Positions 59,450 through 64,000 of a stretch of 64,000 bases of DNA are shown here, piece after piece. The position numbers were made by a program, and so were the translations under genes. Within the stretch, counting starts at the first letter, position 1. Every line of letters begins with the position of its first letter. This DNA is from Hemiscyllium ocellatum (Eukaryota), in contig NC_083410.1 in assembly GCF_020745735.1 (NCBI RefSeq), forward strand, positions 2,826,117-2,890,116. The letters run 5' to 3'. Below the pieces are notes generated by a model that searched no databases, was not told where the DNA came from, and saw only the letters and a list, made by a program, of their open reading frames with translations.

Positions 59450-60060
59450 GCGCTGCTAGAATTACAACAAATCAATATTTGCCCCACTTTCCGGAACACT
59501 TGGCCTAGTCTTGAATATTGTGATGTTCCAGTTGCTCATCCAAGTACTTTCGACAGATGGAGAGGTTTCCACCTCAACCACCCTCCCAGGCAGTGCATTA
59601 CAGACTGACATCTTGGGGGTGAAAGGATTTTGCCTTAACCCTACTCTACAACCTCTGCCCTTCACCTGACGATTAAGCCCCTTGTTATTGACCCTTCAAA
59701 TAAGGGAACTGCTGCTTTCCATCCACCGTGTCCATGCCCCTCATAATCTTCTACCCCTCTGAAGGTCCACTCTCAGCGTTCTCTGTTCTAAATAAAACAG
59801 CCTTAACTTATCCAGCCTCTCTTCATCGCTGAAATGCTCCATCCCGGGGACCATCCTGGTGAAGTTCCTCTGCACCCCCTCCAGTACAATCCCATCCTTC
59901 CTGTACCGTGGGGACCCCAGAACTGCACACAGTCCTCCATCTGGGGCCTGACCAAGGTCCTGTCCAGCCCCAACATCACCTCCCTGCTCTTACAGTCTGT
60001 GCCTCAACAGGTAAAGGCAAGGGTCCCATCTGCCTTCATTACAACCCTAACACCCTGTGC
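59450..60060 (-). mobile_element. Old degenerate CR1 3' fragment
   Basis: Residual similarity to the other CR1 3' ends. Confidence 0.6.
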
Positions 60061-60614
60061 TGCCCCCTTCAGGGATCCGAGACAAATATCCCAAGATCCC
60101 TCTGAGCTTGTTAGTGTAATGACAAACATATTCAGGCGGTGAGTTGTTTGGGTCTGGAATGGACGGCCTGGGAGTGTAGGTAAGGCGGGTTTAATCGAGA
60201 CATTCAGAGAGTCATCTGGAAAGGAAGGAGATGAAGAAGAAAGTGGGAGAGTAACATTGAGTGAGCTGCTCCTCTGGAGAGCAGGCACACACGCAGTGGG
60301 CCGAATGGCCTCTATCTGGAGCAATCCTGGGATTCTCAGACTCTTGTCCTGACTCTTCACCGTTGGGATTTGGGAGATACTGGGAAGATAAGAATATGTC
60401 CACCAGCCTGCACCCTGAGATTACAGTGGAGGGGGTGGGGGGGCGGGGGGGGGAGTGGGGGGGGGGTTCCCTTGAGGTAGAGCTCCATCTCTCAGTGGCT
60501 GCCTCAGCAAATAGACGGGGCACTTTATCATTTGCCATGTCCGACACTCCATATGGTTTTGGACAAGGCAAAGGGCAGAGGTCACAATGCCACAGCTGGC
60601 CCCACCCCCGAGCC

Positions 60615-60651
<37 letters not shown>

Positions 60652-60676
60652 GGACTCGGCAGAACTCTCTGTGTCA

Positions 60677-60886
<210 letters not shown>

Positions 60887-60959
60887 TCATCATTAGGACA
60901 ACATACATCAGTGCGGGGGTAGGATTTATTCCAATAATTCAATCTCTTAATGTCAAACA

Positions 60960-61500
60960 CCCCCAGGACAGGGGCAGCATGGGGTTAGATGCAGACTAAA
61001 GCTCCCTCTACACTGTCCCCATCAAACACTCTCAGGGCAGGGACGGCATGGGGTTAGATACAGAGTAATGCTCCCTCTACACGCTCCCCCATCTCGCACC
61101 CCCAGGACAGGGACAGCACGGGGTTAGATACAGAGTAAAGCTCCCTCTACACGCTCCCCCATCTCATACCTCCAGGACAGGGACAGCACAGAGTTAGATA
61201 CAGAGTAATGCTCCCTCTACACGCTCCCCATCTCACACCCCCAGGACATGGACTTCACAGGGTTAGATACAGAGTAATGCTCCCTCTACATGCTCCCCAT
61301 CTCACACCCCCAGGACAGGGACAGCGCAAAGTTAGATACAGAGTAAAGCTCCCTCTACACACTCCACCATCTCACACTCCCAGGACAGGGACAGCACAGG
61401 GTTAGATACAGAGTAAAGCTCCCTCTACACGCTCCCCCATCTCACACCCCCAGGACAGGGACTTCACAGGGTTAGATACAGAGTAACGCTCTCTCTACGC
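60960..61500. repeat. About 70-bp minisatellite (GGACAGGGACAGCACGGGTTAGATACAGAGTAAAGCTCCCTCTACAC...), about 8 copies
   Basis: gggttagatacagagt recurs about every 70 bp. Confidence 0.93.
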
Positions 61501-61854
61501 TGTCTCCCTGGCAAGTTAGTGAGCACCCTGACTGGTGACTGGGATCTCCCACTGGGATCACCTGTTTGTGTGTCACTGGATTGTGAAATAACCCATACAC
61601 ATCCGCATGGGTATCACCAGGAACGTGTCAAATATTTCTTTCACCAGATCTCAAGCCCAGTGAAATACACTCGCCGTGAAGTCATGTTGATGTAAACGTT
61701 AATCAGACAGCCATTTATGTGTCGCAAAATTCCAACATCTATCCACCAATCCCACAGAGGGAGGGGTCTGTCTGCCTTATGCCTCACATCTCAGATGGGG
61801 CTCCGAGCCTAGAGCTCAGACATTACCATTTTCCCAGATACTCAGTGTGTTTCA

Positions 61855-62370
<516 letters not shown>

Positions 62371-62929
62371 TCAGGCACTCTCCAGCCTCTTACTGTTGAA
62401 GAAATTCTCTGTATCTCTGTTTCTCTGTCTAACTGGATAACCACATCCTTGTCTACCATGTAGTTTATCTGCCAAATCTTTCCCCCACGCACTTAGTCCC
62501 TTCGAATCCCTCTCAAGCAGGTCTGTATTTTCCTCGCGACCCTTACCCTTTGGGCCCAACGTGGAAACTGCATCCTTTATTGTAGATCTGGCACGTTCCC
62601 TGCAGCTGACACTGGGCTAATGAGGCTGTGCTGGGCAATCCTGTCTCAGCATCCTCTCTCCATGGTGAGGGTGAGGCGGGAGGTATTCATCAGCTTCCAA
62701 CCCTCCCACAGTCTGTACTATTTTAAATTGTACCACTAACACACCCACGATATCTACAGCAACTCTTCCAACACACCGACGTGTGAATCTTCAACTCCAT
62801 GGGATTTATCCACTTTAAGACATATTAAATTGTCTGGTAATTTTTATTTTCCTAATGTTGATATCTTAGCTGTTCACTCAAGCCCCTAGCTTCTCCAATA
62901 ATTCTAGGTGATTTATAAACATTTCATTG

Positions 62930-63410
62930 AACATTCCAACACAGTACAGGCCCTTCAGCCCTCGCTGTTGTGCTGACCTGTGGAACCAATCTGAAGCCCA
63001 TCTAACCTGCACTATTCCATTCTCATCCATATGTTTAAATGCCCTTCCAGTTAGCAAGTCTACCGCAGTGCCAGGCAGGGAATTCCATGCCCCTACTACT
63101 CTCTGAGTAAGGAAACTATCTCTGACATCTGTATTACATCTATCATGCTTCAATTTAAAGGTACGTCCTCTCGTGCTAGCCATCACCATCTGAGGAAAAA
63201 GGCTGTCACTGTCCACCCTATCTAATCCTCTGATTATCTTATATGTCTCAATTAAGTCACCTCTCAACTTCTTCTTTCCAATGAGAACAGACCCGAGTCT
63301 CTCAGCCTCTCCTCATAAGACCTTCCCTCCAGACCAGGCAACATCCGGGTAAATCTCCTCTGCACCCTTTCTAAAGCTTCCAATAATGCGGTGACCAGAA
63401 CTGCACGCAA
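62930..63410 (-). mobile_element. CR1 3' fragment
   Basis: [47 protein letters not shown]. Confidence 0.9.
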
Positions 63411-64000
63411 CATTTCCTGCCATTTCCTCATTCCTCTTGACCTTGCTTGTACAGTATACTTTGCGAATCTTTTCCTTTCCATTCACACGTAGAAGCTTTT
63501 ACAGTACACCTTTGTGTTTCTCGCTGGTTTACTGTCATCGTGGAAAGCCGGTTCCCTTCCCCCTCAGTCCAATCAGGGGAACCAGAGTCTGACGGAGGAG
63601 TTGGCAGGAAACTGATGGATAGTTTGGAAACTCGGCTGGTTCCCTCTGATCTGCCCAACTGTCCATCCTGTGGAGCTCTTCCTCAGAATAAAACCCCTCA
63701 GAAAGTCCTCACAGAGTACAGTGACAGCCCTCCACTCCTCAGACCTTCGCTGTTTTTCAACATTTGCACAGAATGTGAGAGGTTGGCATTTATTCCCCAG
63801 CCCTAATGTCAAAGGACAGTTAAATCAACCCCATTGCCGAAGGTCTGGAGTCACGTGTAGGCCAGACCAGGTAAGGATGGCATGAGTGATCCAAGTGGGG
63901 TTTTAGGGCAATTGATGATGGTTGCCATGAGACTAGCTTCCGATTTCAGATTTATTACTGTATATACTCATGTAAAGATCACATTTTTTAGACTATTTTT

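Overview
Vertebrate genomic DNA, almost certainly from a shark. The evidence is HE1-like V-SINEs, CR1/HER1-type LINEs and the repeat landscape; a carpet or bamboo shark is plausible but inferred. Two genes lie head-to-tail on the minus strand. (1) The 3' half of PTK2B (Pyk2), about 27.5-62 kb: 11 exons were reconstructed by hand with phase-consistent GT-AG sites, covering the kinase C-lobe, the proline-rich region and the FAT domain. One small linking exon was not located, and the 5' exons lie beyond the window. (2) An Ig-superfamily type I membrane gene I cannot name, about 3.1-13.6 kb: leader, two antigen-receptor-like V domains each already fused to a J-like segment (no RSS), no C domain, an uncharged TM, and a short tail. 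The tail's splice junction creates a YVNM (CD28/ITT-like YxNM) motif; the predicted protein is about 324 aa. Everything else is repeat-derived: CR1-type LINE fragments, a near-full-length CR1 with an SGNH-esterase ORF1, tRNA-derived SINEs, Penelope-like terminal-repeat hairpins carrying minimal hammerhead ribozyme cores, a possible solo LTR, and several minisatellites. Most ORF-track entries are LINE debris or frame artefacts of tandem repeats. TE boundaries are approximate; exon boundaries were read at base level.
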